DNA from: Lama guanicoe
Lineage: Eukaryota
DNA length: 64,000 nt
Direction: 5' to 3'
Assembly: GCA_013239625.1 (NCBI GenBank)
Contig: MU053557.1
Coordinates: 5,405,842-5,469,841, forward strand
Below, one piece after another: positions 61,901 through 64,000 of the stretch. The position numbers and the translations under genes were made by a program. Within the stretch, counting starts at the first letter, position 1, and each line of letters begins with the position of its first letter. The notes under the pieces are model-generated. The model was not told where the DNA came from. It ran no database searches and saw only the letters and a list, made by a program, of their open reading frames with translations.

Positions 61901-64000
61901 TTGGGGGAGGAGGCCCCAGTCTGGGGGTGGTCGGGATGCAGTGTGATGGGGGCGGGGGTTCACTGGACCAAGTCCTGTGAACAGGTGTCGGCAGCCACAG
62001 GAGGTGCGTGGTAGGGGTGCTGGGGCCAGGCACCCGCCCCTGCCCAGTACCCCCCTTCACTTCCCCCACGGCCTGATTAGGGGGTGGGGGATGTTAAAAT
62101 AGCTGAGCGCCAGCCATGAGCGGGACTGATGGGGATGGACAAATGGGAGTGGGGGCTTCGGCAAACCGAGCCCTCATCTGTGGGCTCCACACGGAAGCAG
62201 CCTCCGGAGCCAGCAGGGGCACGCTGGTTTCCTTCCAGTGCTCCTGCCCTGCTGCGCCCACCACCTGCTTCCTCCCCACCCCCCTCAGTCCTTCTGCAGC
62301 TTCAGCTTCCACGCTCGACCCCAGGCTGCCCCTCAGCCGCGCACAAGGAAGGCAAAGGCAAGGAGGGAGGAAATGGGAGACCTGAGGGACATGGAGGTGG
62401 GGTAGAAGCTGGCATGAGAGGGGAAGCCAAGTCTATGTGTTCCTGGGGCCCTGGGCCCAGACCTCAGCCCCTCTCCACCTTGTCCTGTGGGGTTGGACCT
62501 CCCAGCCAAGCTGCACCTGTATGGGGAGGGAGAGTGTTGGGGGAAGTTTTCTGGCTTTTGGCTTAAAAGTACGCGTCTTAGCCAAGGAGTCAGAACTCCT
62601 GGGTACTGTTTCTGCAGATGCCACTTACCCTGTGACTTTGGGCAAGTCCATTCTCTAACCTGGGCCATGGCGGGTCCATCCCCAGTGTGAGGCAGGAAAG
62701 TAGGCCCAGAGTCCTGAGAGGTGGGGAGATGCTGTGAACTCACAGGGGCTGGTGTTGTTGGCCAGCTCCCTCCAATTGCCACCCCCTCCTCCGCCATTCA
62801 TTCAAGCTCTCTACCCTTGGGCAGCTGAACCACTGTGATGGTTCTTTTTATTCGCTGACATGTGTGACTTCTTGGGGTCGTTTGTGGGTCTCTTGGGTCT
62901 TCTTGAGTCCTATCCCTGTTCTTTCCCATCTACTCTCTCCCTTTCGCTCCCTTCCCACAAGGGCCCCTGCCCCTCTCTGGCACAGGGCTGCTCCTTATGT
63001 CAATAGCCGTGTTTTGTGAGGCCTTAGCTCATGTATTCCTCCAACAATTCTGGGGCCCAGGTCTTATTATCCCCACTTTATAGACAAGGAAATGGAGGCA
63101 CAAAGGCGTGCAGCTTACTGCTCTCCTGAAGGTGGGCTGAGCAACCTAGGACCAACAGGGCAGGGGTGGGGCCACCTGGCCTCAGGGTCCCCTCCCTCGG
63201 TCTCTAGGACAAGGGGGCAGGGAGTGAGGAAGTGCCAGGTACAGCAAAGGAGCAGCATTGTTCAGAGATGAGCACCAGACTGAGAACTGAGGCTCTGGAT
63301 CCTGATTGTGCTCTGCTCTGACCTTAATTTGCCGTTTGACCTTGGGCTCACCCCTTCCCTCTCTGAAACTCACTTTCCTCATCTGCACAATGATGAAGTC
63401 AGACTCCAGATTCGTATTGTCTCTCTCATCCTGAAGAAAGTATGAGAGCCTTGGCTTGAGAGGTCCTACCTATTCTAGGCCTGCTGCTGCTGGTGACCTA
63501 CATCTGCTGGTCCCTAAAAGGGGGGGGGGTGCAGGTGTTGCAAACTCAGATGTGTGTTCCTGTGTGAGTCTGGGTGGGAGTGGGAGGATCAGGGTGGGAG
63601 CCTCAGACCCAGGCAGAAGTGTGAAGCAACTCATTAAGCTTCCAGCCCTTCCCTGTTGATTTGGTTGCTTTCCTCTGTCTCTCAGTTCCTTCCTCTCTAT
63701 GCCAGCCTCCTGGGATTTACCCCACAATGGGGTTCAGATTGGCTTAGCTTTGGAGGACCCCATCCCCTGTCCCTGGAGCAGGAGCAGGAGCAGGCTTCCC
63801 TCTGATTGGGGTGGAGGGGGACAGAAGAGCTGGCAGCATCCTGCTCTTGGAACTCTTTTGTCACCATGGAAACAGAGAGCCAGGACCACTCTGTGAACAC
63901 AGAAAGGGCAGTAGCTTCTCAGGGGGGGATCAGAGGAACCTCATTATCAGGCCCTCCTGCCAGCTGGCCTGAATGGGACTGGGGGGTTCACAGGGTGACA

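Noticed and set aside
61132..62014. Long ORFs around the SLC6A7 start, including an in-frame upstream extension from a GTG at 61167
   Set aside because: Expected in a CpG island; there is no upstream in-frame ATG, and the known N-terminus starts at 61665.

Overview
This is mammalian genomic DNA. The tRNA-derived SINE family present suggests a camelid (camel/alpaca lineage); this is an inference. The window holds the conserved PDGFRB-CDX1-SLC6A7 block. On the minus strand is PDGFRB exons 1-17: non-coding exon 1 at about 30074-30504, ATG at 14832, and 2460 coding nt in the window, with exons 18 onward off the left edge. On the plus strand is the complete 3-exon CDX1 (CDS 40081-40525, 54345-54490, 55202-55432; 273 aa) and the first coding exon of SLC6A7 (61665-61697). 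All splice sites are GT-AG and all exon phases join correctly. The rest is intronic or intergenic DNA with MIR, L2, L1, MER3, MER5A and MER91A relics and three Vic-1-like SINEs. I found no new gene or multi-gene system, and the many short ORFs are noise. The best leads are regulatory. (1) CDX1 exon 2 begins with a regenerated 5' splice site (recursive-splice motif) and is flanked by an inverted SINE pair. (2) An out-of-frame upstream ATG overlaps the CDX1 start. (3) The PDGFRB leader has a single 4-codon uORF. (4) A divergent CTCF motif pair lies midway between the head-to-head PDGFRB and CDX1 promoters. (5) PDGFRB intron 1 has a perfect 178-bp-period tandem duplication of an AP-1/ARE plus G4 module. 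(6) A 115-bp dispersed duplication lies upstream of PDGFRB. (7) CDX1 has a Q12 tract and an FEWM hexapeptide. Comparisons with human come from my memory of the orthologues and need checking by alignment.
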